A stretch of 64,000 nt of DNA from Candidatus Woesebacteria bacterium (GTDB lineage: Bacteria; Patescibacteriota; Microgenomatia; UBA8517), in contig CP066693.1 in NCBI GenBank assembly GCA_016432525.1, positions 30,017 to 94,016 on the forward strand. The letters are read 5' to 3'. Of the stretch, positions 28,878 through 38,383 are shown in pieces. The notes under the pieces are model-generated. The model did no database searches. It was not told the DNA's origin and worked only from the letters and a program-made list of their open reading frames with translations. The stretch's first letter is position 1. Every line of letters starts with the position of its first letter. A program made the translations under genes and the position numbers.

Positions 28878-30366
28878 GGCGGTGTGTACAAGACCTGAGA
28901 ACGTATTCACCGGAGTATAGCTGACCTCCGATTACTACCAATTCCGCGTTCATGAGGGCGAGTTGCAGCCCTCAATCCCCACTGAGAAGCCGTTTTTGGG
29001 ATTAGCTCCAGATTACTCTTTGGCAACCCATTGTCGGCTCCATTGTAGCATGTGTGTCGCCCAAGGTATAAGGGCCATGCTGACTTGACATCATCCCCAC
29101 TTCCTTCCCGCACTAGGCGAGATAGTATCCCATGGATATATAACATGGGAAAGGGGTTGCGCTCGTTACCCCACTTAAGGGAACACCCCACGGCACGAGC
29201 TGACGACAGCCATGCAACACCTGTTGCCCCTTTTTTAATTACTTAAAAATCAGTCCATATTTCTACAGACCTAAAGAGGGCAATGTCAAACCTTGGTAAG
29301 GTCCTACGGTTCGTCTCGAATTGAACCACATGCTCCACTGGTTGTGCAGGTCCCCGTCAATTCCTTTGAGTTTTAACCTTGCGGTCGTACTCCCCAGGCG
29401 GCTCGCTTAACGCGTTAGCTTACGGAACTGAATCTTACGATCCAATCCCTAGCGAGCATAGTTTACGGCTAGGACTACAGGGGTCTCTAATCCCTTTTGC
29501 TCCCCTAGCTGTCGTTCCTCAGCGTCAAAAAATTCCTAGTTACCTGCCTTCGCCCTTGGAGTTCCTATTGGTATCAACGGATTTCACCCCTACACCAATA
29601 GTTCCAGTAACCCCGAAATATTTCAAACCAGTTAGTATTATCCCCCTTCCCGAGGTTGAGCCCCGGTCTTTAAAGAATAACTTAACAAGTCGCCTACGAA
29701 ACGCTTTACGCCCAGTAAATCCGGATAACGCTTGTGCCCCACGTATTACCGCAGCTGCTGGCACGTGGTTAGCGGGCACTTATTCTACTAATTATCTCTA
29801 ATTAATCAAAAGAGGTTTACGATCCGAAGACCTTCATCCCTCACGCGGTGTCGCGACGTCAGACTTTCGTCCATTGCGTACGATTCCTAGTTGCTGCCAC
29901 CCGTAGGTGTATGGGCCGTGTCTCAGTCCCATTCTGGGGGGTCATGCTCTCACACCCCCTACCCGTCGTAGGTTTGGTAGGCCATTACCCTACCAACTGC
30001 CTGATGGGAAATAGGCTCCTCCATCGGCGCGCAGTTATGCGCTTTTATCCGAAGATGTCATCCGGTATTAGCTCGTCTTTCGACGAGGTATTCCGAACCA
30101 TTGGGTAGATTCCTATTTTATACTCAGCCGTTCGCGACTAACTGTATTGCTACAGCTCGTCCCACTTGCATGCCTAAGGCACACCGCCAGCGTTCATCCT
30201 GGGCCAGGATCAAACCCTCAAAAAAGTGACGGAAACAAACTAAATAAAATTAAATAGCGTGTTCCATCGGAAACGCTTCCAGTCATGTCTTGATTGTCAA
30301 AGTTCTGTGTTATGAAGTGTTGTTACCCAAAAGGGAAGTTAACGCTTAGATTTTTTTGAATAAAAA

Positions 30367-30384
30367 AACCGCTCTGAGGCGGTG
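30367..30384 (-). terminator. Intrinsic terminator for the 30463..30696 gene. It also marks the upstream edge of the 16S promoter region.
   Basis: Minus strand ggatcACCGCCTCAGAGCGGTtttttttattc. A GC stem with a six-base loop followed by T7. Confidence 0.5.
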
Positions 30385-30462
30385 ATCCAAATTTGCCTTC
30401 AAAAGCTGGTCCTTTAATTCATCTAGAGATATTATATCAGATTATTTATGGAGGTCAATGCC

Positions 30463-30696
30463 TTATAAAAGTTTTCTAAACTCAATCTTATATTGCCCTT
30501 TACCAGTATTGTTGATTTGAATTCCACTATATGTCCAACCAGGAAGATCAGCTTTGAAACTGGTAAGTTCCTTTGAATCGAAAGAAACAATTAATAAATT
30601 TTCTTCTCCGTTAGAAAAATCAATATTCGTATAACCCATATTTGTCAAAATTTCTGTTACTTTTTTTATTAGATCTTCTTTATTCATGATAGTCAA
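30463..30696 (-). CDS. Hypothetical small protein (77 aa).
   Basis: ORF only; its stop overlaps the next gene's start, suggesting an operon with 30693..31310. Confidence 0.35.
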   Translation of the reverse strand: MTIMNKEDLIKKVTEILTNMGYTNIDFSNGEENLLIVSFDSKELTSFKADLPGWTYSGIQINNTGKGQYKIEFRKLL

Positions 30697-31310
30697 TCAA
30701 TATATATTATATCCTCTCTTAAAACGCCATTGGGAATTTGTTTATGGATAACTTCATTTGCTATTCCATATTTTAAGGCATCTTGTGCAGAAATAGTAAC
30801 CCCTTCTTCCATAAGAGATTTAACCTTCGTAAGGGGGAGGTTGGTATTTTCAGAAATAAAATAAGCTATCCTGCTGTTATTTGTTTGAGTCGCTGATAAG
30901 GCATCTTTTAATTCTCTTTCGTTAAAAGAACCAGTAGTCGATGCTCCATGTAGGTAGAACTTAGCATGTGATTCTGCCGATCTTTGTTTCGCAGATAAAT
31001 ATACTACGTTCGCTATGGAATCAATATGATTAGTAGCATGTATTACGATAGGTATTTTAGAATTCTGAATTATAGTTGCCAGTTGGAAACCATGATATAT
31101 ACTTCCACCAAAAGATGAAAAGAATATCACTATTCTACCTACGCCATTCTTCCCAGCATTGTTCATAGCGCTTAGTAATCTTTCAGCAGGTTCTTTATCT
31201 ATCACTCCGGAAAATAATATAAAGTAATCACTCATCAACGATACAGTCTGTCTCTTTTTTGTTGAACTAATAACTTTGTTTTTCCGTTTCTGTTTCTTGA
31301 CCTTAGGCAT
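30693..31310 (-). CDS. ClpP/crotonase-fold (SDH/S49-like) serine peptidase-like protein.
   Basis: Segment RIVIFFSSFGGSIYHGFQLATII… resembles the ClpP/SppA nucleophile region (G-x-A/S-x-S-x-G). About 205 aa with a basic N-terminus. The assignment is tentative. Confidence 0.45.
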   Translation of the reverse strand: MPKVKKQKRKNKVISSTKKRQTVSLMSDYFILFSGVIDKEPAERLLSAMNNAGKNGVGRIVIFFSSFGGSIYHGFQLATIIQNSKIPIVIHATNHIDSIANVVYLSAKQRSAESHAKFYLHGASTTGSFNERELKDALSATQTNNSRIAYFISENTNLPLTKVKSLMEEGVTISAQDALKYGIANEVIHKQIPNGVLREDIIYID

Positions 31311-31328
31311 TCTGGCGCCATTTTACAC

Positions 31329-31736
31329 TCATATTTCGACAAATTCCATCAATTTTCTCTTCGCCTCCTTGTAACTCACCATCCATAAATATAAATAACT
31401 TGATAAAAATTTCGCAGCTTTTTCTACATCTTTCTCATCGTATTTAATTCCTTTTGATTTCAAATATTTTACTTGAGCCTTAATAGCCAAAAGTTCTTCC
31501 TCTAATCTAAATTTTGGTAAAAAAACATATTTTATTTCCCACAAAAACCACCCCATCTCTTTCTGTCTTTTAATATGAGTCTGTTCATGAATAATTACTG
31601 CAACTCTTTCAGAGTCAGGGTTTTTAGATTTTAGATGTTCATAAAGCCACTTTGGAACATAAATATTTGGATATATTGCTTGTGCAGTATGTTGAAAAAA
31701 AATCGGCTTAACCTTTACATTTTTTGGCAATCTCAT
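31329..31736 (-). CDS. Small HExxH zinc-metallopeptidase-like protein (ImmA/IrrE- or SprT/WLM-like).
   Basis: HEQTH motif (AVIIHEQTHIKRQ) in a protein of about 135 aa. Confidence 0.45.
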   Translation of the reverse strand: MRLPKNVKVKPIFFQHTAQAIYPNIYVPKWLYEHLKSKNPDSERVAVIIHEQTHIKRQKEMGWFLWEIKYVFLPKFRLEEELLAIKAQVKYLKSKGIKYDEKDVEKAAKFLSSYLYLWMVSYKEAKRKLMEFVEI

Positions 31737-32091
31737 GAAGAAATCTTACTCCTCTTCCTCCTCAGATTCCAAATTTATGTTATCATTGCCCAAAGCACAT
31801 AAACAAACAGAGGTAGAAATGCCTTACGCAATCGTATGTTACAAATGTCCTTTTTGTGGAGCAGTCTACACAGACGAAAGACTTGCTAATCATTGCGCAT
31901 CACAAGGAAATCCTGGGCAAAAATTTACTGATAGATATATAACAATCAATGGATATGAAATAGAAATCCTAGAATCTCTAATCCAAAATGTCTTCGGTTA
32001 CCATGTAAGATTCTATCGCATCAAAACTGCACTCGAAATTCGAGTGATACCCGAGGCCTTAATCTTGGAATTACTCTCCAAGGAAAACTAA
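31735..32091 (+). CDS. Hypothetical protein with a CxxC…CxxC-like zinc-ribbon signature.
   Basis: CYKCPFCGAVYTDERLANHCAS. Confidence 0.35.
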   Translation: MKKSYSSSSSDSKFMLSLPKAHKQTEVEMPYAIVCYKCPFCGAVYTDERLANHCASQGNPGQKFTDRYITINGYEIEILESLIQNVFGYHVRFYRIKTALEIRVIPEALILELLSKEN

Positions 32092-32115
32092 ATCTAAAAA
32101 ATAAAGGAGTAAGCC

Positions 32116-32382
32116 GTGAACCAGCAGAGTTTCGTTCAAAAGCTAAACAAAGCATTGTTCCCTTTCACTCTCTTGGGTTGGATTACCATACCAGTCATTT
32201 TGATTTCAAATGCCATGAAGAAACCAGAAATACTATTCATATTTCTGGTTGTATATTTCGGGGCAATGGCAGTTCGCGTTGCCTATTTCTTAGGAAGAGA
32301 ACATAAAACAACCAAAAAAGAAAAAGTGAAAATCATCGATCCAAACGATGATTACATGAACCATTGGTGGGACAGAATTTAA
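32116..32382 (+). CDS. Small membrane protein (88 aa).
   Basis: Two predicted transmembrane helices. RBS-like aaaggag upstream. Confidence 0.4.
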   Translation: MNQQSFVQKLNKALFPFTLLGWITIPVILISNAMKKPEILFIFLVVYFGAMAVRVAYFLGREHKTTKKEKVKIIDPNDDYMNHWWDRI

Positions 32383-32431
32383 AAAAACAAGGGCAAACCT
32401 TAAAAACTTTTTTTGGTTTGCCCAACAATTC

Positions 32432-32914
32432 TCAACAATTCAGTCTGCCTTTATCGATAATAGGGTCAATAAGAATTGGCCTTGCGTTGTCAGAAAAAGG
32501 TTTGATATTAAATCTTCCATCATCTTTTACATTAAGAACACTCACCAAAATCCATTCGCCATTGTCTTTCTGATATTGCATAATCATTCCAACAACAAAA
32601 TCTGTTCTCCCAGCATTTCTAGCCAATTGCCTTCTAACAATCGCCCTTTCACTCAATTCAACTATGATATTGACCCATTTTCTCAAGGCATTGCTACTTA
32701 ATTTAAGTACATTGTCAGCTCCTTCAAGACGACCTATTTCTAAAGCTACTTCTTCCAGCTTCGCTCTCTTTTCTTTTTTACTCTGCTGATTTTCAAGCTC
32801 CTCAAGCATCTTTTTGACTTTTCCCAGGCTCCTCTTATTCAGCAAATACTTGTTAAATTTACTGTAATCTGCATAGTTCCTACCAAAAACAGACCTCGTC
32901 ATTTCTCTCTCCAT
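32432..32914 (-). CDS. Hypothetical protein (160 aa).
   Basis: ORF only; charged, coiled-coil-like N-terminus. Confidence 0.4.
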   Translation of the reverse strand: MEREMTRSVFGRNYADYSKFNKYLLNKRSLGKVKKMLEELENQQSKKEKRAKLEEVALEIGRLEGADNVLKLSSNALRKWVNIIVELSERAIVRRQLARNAGRTDFVVGMIMQYQKDNGEWILVSVLNVKDDGRFNIKPFSDNARPILIDPIIDKGRLNC

Positions 32915-32979
32915 TTTTGTTTAATATCAAAGAACATCCAATTCTACCATACTTTTTTCCCAAATTTTTGGGAAAAAAC

Positions 32980-33007
32980 TTGACAAACGTAAAATTAGTG
33001 ATATATT
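32980..33007 (+). promoter_or_regulatory. Sigma70-like promoter (TTGACA-16 nt-TATATT).
   Basis: cTTGACAaacgtaaaattagtgaTATATTtg. It is followed within about 45 nt by an intrinsic terminator (33050..33078). Confidence 0.4.
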
Positions 33008-33049
33008 TGTAAATTACAAGTGAGAATTTTTCTCGCACTTAAAAAAGTT

Positions 33050-33078
33050 TAAGGACCCAGCCGGGTCTTTTTTTGTTT
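33050..33078 (+). terminator. Intrinsic terminator or attenuator hairpin upstream of the 33095 ORF.
   Basis: aaaaaagtttaaGGACCCagccGGGTCtttttttgttt. It is preceded by a second hairpin AAGTGAGA…TCTCGCACTT. Confidence 0.45.
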
Positions 33079-33094
33079 AAAACCGTTAAAAATA

Positions 33095-33325
33095 TTGGAG
33101 GGTATCACCATGTGTACCCAAAAATATCAAGCACCTCCCCGGGAACATAGAGATCCCGATGAGGGCCTGACACGGGAGCAGTTGATCGAACGAAACAGGA
33201 AATTGGCCGCAAAGCGGGCTCTAGATGAGGGTGAAAGGCTAGCATATTGTTGTATGCCAACAGACCCAACAGGTCTAAACCCAAAAAATCTAGCTAAAAG
33301 AGCCAACTCGTACACAACCAACTGA
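33095..33325 (+). CDS. Hypothetical small protein (76 aa).
   Basis: ORF with an RBS (ttggaggg). Basic, and richer in G+C than its neighbours. Confidence 0.3.
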   Translation: MEGITMCTQKYQAPPREHRDPDEGLTREQLIERNRKLAAKRALDEGERLAYCCMPTDPTGLNPKNLAKRANSYTTN

Positions 33326-33381
33326 TTCCACAAAATAGGGGCAAACCTGCAATAAAATGCAACAAGGTTTGCCCCAAAGAC

Positions 33382-33717
33382 TTATAGCCTTCTCCTCTCA
33401 TCTATAATCTCTACACCTAAATCTACAAACATTTGACTTAACGATCTCCATTCTAGATACACAAAAAACCTATTTGAACCCTGATATACATTTTCTTTTT
33501 CCAGAATCTCCTCTTCTGCCAAAATCACCTTAAAAAGGCCTGTAAACTCTGGTCTTATGTATACCTCGCAGAAAAACCTCTTATCACAATCTCTCTGATC
33601 GGGAATGGCAACAGCATTACAGTCTGGCAAAAAATGCAAAGTTTTAATCCCTTCGGCTGTGTTACCAACAATATTCAAGCTCTTAAGAGGCTTATTCCGA
33701 GACATGGACTCCTCCAA
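33382..33717 (-). CDS. Hypothetical protein (111 aa).
   Basis: ORF only. Confidence 0.35.
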   Translation of the reverse strand: MEESMSRNKPLKSLNIVGNTAEGIKTLHFLPDCNAVAIPDQRDCDKRFFCEVYIRPEFTGLFKVILAEEEILEKENVYQGSNRFFVYLEWRSLSQMFVDLGVEIIDERRRL

Positions 33718-33753
33718 AAATTAGTCTGTCAAGGCCTATATTATATCAGAAGA

Positions 33754-34017
33754 TTATTTTCTTTTCCTTTTTAATCTTTCTTTTTCGAAGAAAAATAAAT
33801 AAATTAAAGGAAGTATTCCCAAAGAATTTATAATGAGAAGTCCAATAAACCAGTATTTCTGTCCATTACGAGCAGATTTCCATAAAGAAATTCCTTTTAA
33901 AATTACATCAACAATTGCAAATATTGCTATAAAAGAAAAAACTCCGTAAGATGCAGGTCCCAAGAAAAAATTCATCCAATTTCCGTTTCCATAATTTTGG
34001 TACATCATTGGCCACAT
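33754..34017 (-). CDS. Small membrane protein (87 aa).
   Basis: Two or three predicted transmembrane helices and a basic C-terminus. Confidence 0.35.
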   Translation of the reverse strand: MWPMMYQNYGNGNWMNFFLGPASYGVFSFIAIFAIVDVILKGISLWKSARNGQKYWFIGLLIINSLGILPLIYLFFFEKERLKRKRK

Positions 34018-34030
34018 AGTAATTTAAATC

Positions 34031-34621
34031 TTAGAACCCTAATTTTTCATTTACAAGTATCAAATATGCTCTATCTTTTTGAATCTCACGATTTATAATT
34101 AATAGTTTGCTCACAAAACTTCCAGTATTAATATTATGAGCTTTATTTAGTCTCACACTTTCCAAAGGAAGTACGTAATCATAAATTCGTTTTATTCCCC
34201 CATTAACATCATTAACTAATTTTTGAATTCCAACAATCCATACAACATGATTTGCTCCATATACATATGCAGGAAGTTGTGACCCAGTATTTGAAGCAAT
34301 CAAAACTTTTCCATCGTAAGTTAAGGCATGCACACTCCCAATTGCCCAATCAGGGGAACCACCCATCTTTTTCATTTCCCACTTTTGACTTTTAGGATCC
34401 ATTTGAGAAAATTTCTTTCTTACAGATTCATATTCATCGGATTCATCAATTACATCTTTTATTCCAGTCTCCGTTAAAGTCACAGAAGACATAGTAAAAA
34501 CTTCAGCTTTTTTAGGGATAATTTCTAAAACTTTCTTTTTTGCTTCCTCTTTATTCTCAACAAAAAAGGACTCAATTCCATTTGCCTTTAATGCATCAAT
34601 TACTTTTTTGTACTCTTGCAT
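34031..34621 (-). CDS. LUD-domain (YkgG/LutC-like, DUF162) protein.
   Basis: Overall pattern …VLIASNTGSQL…HVVWIVGIQKLVNDV…AYLILVNEKLGF resembles lactate-utilisation/LUD-domain proteins. Tentative. Confidence 0.45.
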   Translation of the reverse strand: MQEYKKVIDALKANGIESFFVENKEEAKKKVLEIIPKKAEVFTMSSVTLTETGIKDVIDESDEYESVRKKFSQMDPKSQKWEMKKMGGSPDWAIGSVHALTYDGKVLIASNTGSQLPAYVYGANHVVWIVGIQKLVNDVNGGIKRIYDYVLPLESVRLNKAHNINTGSFVSKLLIINREIQKDRAYLILVNEKLGF

Positions 34622-35040
34622 TATTTCTTAAGCTCTCTTTTTTTAACAAGTTTATAAACCGGAACAATTTCCCTCAGCTCTCCATCTTCTCCTTCAAATT
34701 CATTAGCACCAGTCATTCTCTGAAACTCTCTCAAATGATATGAAAGAGCGTCCTGATGTTCTTTCAATTCATCTTTCAAAATCTTGATTTTTTCAGAAAC
34801 AGCTTTCGCCTCAGGTCTATTAAGTATCTGCTTTTTAATTTGTGCTTTTAGTTGGTTTGCTTTCTTTGCAGCTTGTGAATGTTCAGCATAAGCCAGATCA
34901 TTATCAAAAATTGAGTCAAGCATTTCTTTTTGAGGCTGGATTTCTTCTTTTACTCTATCTATCTTAGCAATACGATCATTTATTGCTCCTTCAACTCTCA
35001 TTAAATCATCTGCTTTCACTGAAGGCTTATCATTATCCAT
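34621..35040 (-). CDS. Coiled-coil hypothetical protein (139 aa).
   Basis: A highly charged, heptad-like sequence. Confidence 0.4.
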   Translation of the reverse strand: MDNDKPSVKADDLMRVEGAINDRIAKIDRVKEEIQPQKEMLDSIFDNDLAYAEHSQAAKKANQLKAQIKKQILNRPEAKAVSEKIKILKDELKEHQDALSYHLREFQRMTGANEFEGEDGELREIVPVYKLVKKRELKK

Positions 35041-35258
35041 AACTTAAATACTTTAATGAAGTAGCAAAAAATTATCAAGAGGAAGATCTGCTGCGAACCG
35101 TGGACGCTGTTAGAACATACATCCTCAGTTCGACTGATTGTATTACATTCCCGAAGTTGCAGCCAGTGCCCGTCGTATGAGGGGGGGGTACGGGTCGCCG
35201 TCAAGTTACTTTATTCTGGGACTCCTTTACGCTTTCAAAACTCGAAACAGTTTGAACA

Positions 35259-36467
35259 TTACAGCTCGATAGCAAATCGGGGTGAGAAAGAGGTGTCTGT
35301 TGCTGATACTGATTGAATCTTGTCATAGATAAACATCTTGATACCTACATGACCCGAGTTACCACCGCTTGTATCCCATCCCCAGAAGTATTCCATCCCT
35401 CGTCCATCTTTTTTTCTGATCCTGTATTCAAATGCGTAAGGCTCAATAAGTCGAGCTACCCCATCATAAACCATTCTAATCAGATTCTGCGTTCTGCCCG
35501 CAGCAATGATCACATTTCTTTCTGCCGACGGGAAGTAACTGAAGACTGATGATGCACCAAAACCTTTTGTCAATCGAGCATATCCACCACCATAATTCAC
35601 TGGAGTGGTAGCAAACGAAGGAGCAGGAATGAAAGCGAACAGTCCTGTGACCAGATCTTTGAATCCAGTAACAGCACGATCGAAATCAAAAAGGCTGAAT
35701 ACAGGGGCGATTATCTCCTGCCAGAAAGGGCGATACTCCTCAACTGGAACATTGAGTAGCAGATCTTTGGCAGTATTAGGATTGGATTCATAGATAGTCT
35801 TTTTCAAAAAGGTGCTAATCACCTCAGGACGATTGACCTGATACTCATTGCTGATGAGAATCGAATACACCAAATCAAATAAATCCGTGACCTTCCTCCT
35901 TTGAAGTGCTGCATTCATTTTCGAAGCGAGTATTTCTTCAAGCTTGTGACACCGAATCACTGCCGTGCACTTATCCTCATCTGAGTATGGATGAATCAAG
36001 GAGCGTGATTGTACGGGAAGAAAAATCTTATCGAATGTTGTCACATCTAACTGGATTTTGAGTACGATTTCTTCCTCGCCATAAAAACTCTTGAAGTAAA
36101 TCCTCGCCTCATAAACCTGTGTCTGTTCATTGTCGAATCCAGGCTTTTTGTCGATTCGCGTTTTGTCGGTCTCGAATGATACACCAGATCGATCTTGAGC
36201 ATAGTTACACACTTCCTGTAGCTGCCTACTCAAATCCGATGGATCAACTGCATCAAGGACAGAGAAATCCAAATCTTTCGAAAAACGAGTATTGTGTAAG
36301 TAGGTCTTTCTGAGCGCGTTACCACCTTTGAGGATCAGTTTCTCACCTAATCCAGACTCTCCATAGATTCCCGATAATAACCATCCAAAAACATAGTCCC
36401 TCTGTAAATTGGAGGTGTTGATCTGGAACTCCTTAGCTTTCTGCTCGATCTCTGAGTTCTGTATCAT
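35259..36467 (-). CDS. AbiEii/AbiGii-family nucleotidyltransferase-like protein (type IV TA toxin-like). It has a long C-terminal extension and no obvious AbiEi partner.
   Basis: LKGGNALRKTYLHNTRFSKDLDFSV matches the AbiEii/DUF1814 N-terminal nucleotidyltransferase signature (GG[TN]AL…R[FY]SxDLDF). First gene of the higher-GC block. Confidence 0.6.
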   Translation of the reverse strand: MIQNSEIEQKAKEFQINTSNLQRDYVFGWLLSGIYGESGLGEKLILKGGNALRKTYLHNTRFSKDLDFSVLDAVDPSDLSRQLQEVCNYAQDRSGVSFETDKTRIDKKPGFDNEQTQVYEARIYFKSFYGEEEIVLKIQLDVTTFDKIFLPVQSRSLIHPYSDEDKCTAVIRCHKLEEILASKMNAALQRRKVTDLFDLVYSILISNEYQVNRPEVISTFLKKTIYESNPNTAKDLLLNVPVEEYRPFWQEIIAPVFSLFDFDRAVTGFKDLVTGLFAFIPAPSFATTPVNYGGGYARLTKGFGASSVFSYFPSAERNVIIAAGRTQNLIRMVYDGVARLIEPYAFEYRIRKKDGRGMEYFWGWDTSGGNSGHVGIKMFIYDKIQSVSATDTSFSPRFAIEL

Positions 36468-36471
36468 AATA

Positions 36472-36499
36472 AAAAAAGCTGCAATCAGCAGCTTTTGAT
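36472..36499 (-). terminator. Bidirectional intrinsic terminator between the hydrolase and AbiEii-like genes.
   Basis: aaaaaaAGCTGCaatcaGCAGCTtttga. The minus strand reads AGCTGC-tgatt-GCAGCT-TTTTTT. Confidence 0.5.
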
Positions 36500-36542
36500 C
36501 AATTGTATCACTTTTTGCTTCGATTCGAACGCAGAAGATGTT

Positions 36543-37415
36543 TTATTTGGAAGTATTTAACCAACTAATGACTCGACCTGCTACCTCGTCTTCATGTTCA
36601 AAGTAACTATGCGGAGCTCCTTCTATGACATCAGCATCAAACTGAGGACAGCTTTTTGCCTTGCTTTTGATCACATCCAACGCTTCTCGAACGGGCAAGA
36701 TTGCAGCATCGTCCTTACTACCAAAAAGGGCAAGGGTTGGTATTTTGACATTTTCAATAATTGACGATTTATCCTTGTCATAAGTATTGAATACATCAAT
36801 TGGATTCCCTCGTTCTCCGAAATCTATGTATGTTGCAGCACAGAGGTAGTACCAATTCCAGAGAAGTCTCGGAAGCAATTCCTCACCCTTGCCCTCTTTG
36901 ACCATTTTCTTTGATAAGTTCAAAACATCTTGATGGTCTTTTTCAGCTTCTGCGAGACCTACCATATCAGGTGGAGATATGAGGACTAACTTTGACACTC
37001 TTTGATCTCTGGTTTTCGCTAAGTAATAAGCAACTTTTACTGCACCAAGGCTGTGTCCCTGAAGCACTATGTTTTTGTAATTATGTGAAGCAATGAAGTC
37101 CGTCCATGCTTCAATGTCCAGAAGGCTATCCTCAAACCTCTCACGGGAATTACCCAATCGCTTGAACTCCTCTTTTTCACCAGCAATTGGAAAATCTGCA
37201 ATTATGTCGTGACCGCGAGTATTGATTGCCCAAAATGTCCAACCATTTTGCGTAAATACTTTTGCCATTGAATCCAAAAATCGATTCTCATAGAAATTAC
37301 CAGCCATTCCATGAACATGTAAGATAGCTTTTTTCGATGATTGATCTGGCTCATACAAAAGACCTTGAAGTATGAGTTTATCTTTCGTTGTGACTCGAAG
37401 AAACTGAGTTTTCAT
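36543..37415 (-). CDS. Alpha/beta-hydrolase-fold protein (esterase/lipase-like).
   Basis: Nucleophile elbow GHSLG (VLQGHSLGAVKV) and an HGMAGN oxyanion-type motif. About 290 aa. Confidence 0.6.
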   Translation of the reverse strand: MKTQFLRVTTKDKLILQGLLYEPDQSSKKAILHVHGMAGNFYENRFLDSMAKVFTQNGWTFWAINTRGHDIIADFPIAGEKEEFKRLGNSRERFEDSLLDIEAWTDFIASHNYKNIVLQGHSLGAVKVAYYLAKTRDQRVSKLVLISPPDMVGLAEAEKDHQDVLNLSKKMVKEGKGEELLPRLLWNWYYLCAATYIDFGERGNPIDVFNTYDKDKSSIIENVKIPTLALFGSKDDAAILPVREALDVIKSKAKSCPQFDADVIEGAPHSYFEHEDEVAGRVISWLNTSK

Positions 37416-38353
37416 ACAGTGTTTTGTGGCTTGCCAGCTACTGCTCCTGAAATATTTTCAACCCAAATTACAAACAGGTTACTCAATGCTTCCTTCGTGT
37501 ACCAACCAAACCCCTTGATTCCAATTGCATTATCAACTTCTGCAAGTTGTGTATTCTCAAGATCCTCAGCCTCATATGCATAGCCGTACACCTTACCAGA
37601 TTTGATTGCATTAGCCATTGCTTGCTCATCGATCAATTCTCTGTCAACTGTGTTAACAATGACTACACCATCTTTCATTTTCTCAAGTTCTTTTTTACCT
37701 ATCATGTTTTTCAACTCAGGGCTATCTTTAAGATGCAAGGTAATTGCATCAGACCCGTGGAGAACTTCATCAAAAGTCTTCATTTCAACACCATTCTGTG
37801 ACCGTGGTGAGGGGTTGTATGCAATCACTTTCATTCCAATCCCTTGACCTAACTCAGCCACTCTACTTCCGATGCTTCCCAAACCAATTATTCCCAAAGT
37901 TTTGCCTTTGAGCTCAAAACCCATTTCAAGTTGATACTTGCCCTTCTGTGTTTTTCTGTCTGTTACTAAGATGTGTTTTGCAAGACCGAGAAGTAATCCA
38001 AGTGTATGTTCTGCCACCGATTCTCTGGAATAACCAGGAATATTACTGACAGTAATATTTCGTTTTTTGCAATAATCAAGATCTACCCACCCGTATGTTG
38101 TGGTAGAAAGACAAACCGCGTGCAGCTTTGGAAGGGACTCCATCATTTTTTTCAAAACATTTCGAGCTTTTTCAAATCCACCTAATGGGTCAGGATCGAC
38201 AGCAATAATTTCTGCGCCTTTCGCTATCTCAATGAGCTTTTGCAATGGAAGTTCGGAACGATTCTCTACAAAAACTGCTTCTCCAAACTTCCTGAGCACT
38301 TCCTGTTGCTCTTGTGTGAACTCTGATGCTGGAGCAAAAATCGCTATCTTCAT
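37412..38353 (-). CDS. D-isomer-specific 2-hydroxyacid dehydrogenase (NAD-binding).
   Basis: Rossmann GxGxxG in GKTLGIIGLGSIGSRVA, plus the catalytic Arg/Glu/His context typical of the family. It overlaps the upstream gene by 4 nt. Confidence 0.75.
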   Translation of the reverse strand: MKIAIFAPASEFTQEQQEVLRKFGEAVFVENRSELPLQKLIEIAKGAEIIAVDPDPLGGFEKARNVLKKMMESLPKLHAVCLSTTTYGWVDLDYCKKRNITVSNIPGYSRESVAEHTLGLLLGLAKHILVTDRKTQKGKYQLEMGFELKGKTLGIIGLGSIGSRVAELGQGIGMKVIAYNPSPRSQNGVEMKTFDEVLHGSDAITLHLKDSPELKNMIGKKELEKMKDGVVIVNTVDRELIDEQAMANAIKSGKVYGYAYEAEDLENTQLAEVDNAIGIKGFGWYTKEALSNLFVIWVENISGAVAGKPQNTV

Positions 38354-38383
38354 ATGACAATATGATACACCTTGTCTCTTTTT

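Larger units (their letters stand above)
27875..30225 (-). rRNA. rrs: 16S rRNA interrupted by one intron of about 0.88 kb.
   Basis: 3' end aaggaggtgatcc…ccttgttacgactt (reverse complement of the anti-SD tail). GGCGGTGTGTACAAG and GAACGTATTCACCG blocks. 5' end as the reverse complement of GAGTTTGATCCTGGCCCAGGATGAACG. Exons sum to about 1.47 kb. Confidence 0.9.

Noticed and set aside
28907-30108. ORFs 28907..29191, 29052..29246, 29379..29801, 29540..29779, 29848..30108, and 27882..28136.
   Set aside because: They are embedded in 16S rRNA exon sequence. They are artefacts of translating structured RNA.
30226-30366. An explicit −35/−10 call for the 16S rRNA promoter.
   Set aside because: A TTGACA is present on the minus strand but without a well-spaced −10 hexamer that I could verify by eye. 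Left uncalled.
35016-35204. The 62-aa ORF in the GC-rich junction.
   Set aside because: No RBS, odd composition (it runs through the G8 tract), and it overlaps the likely att/junction region. Treated as non-coding.
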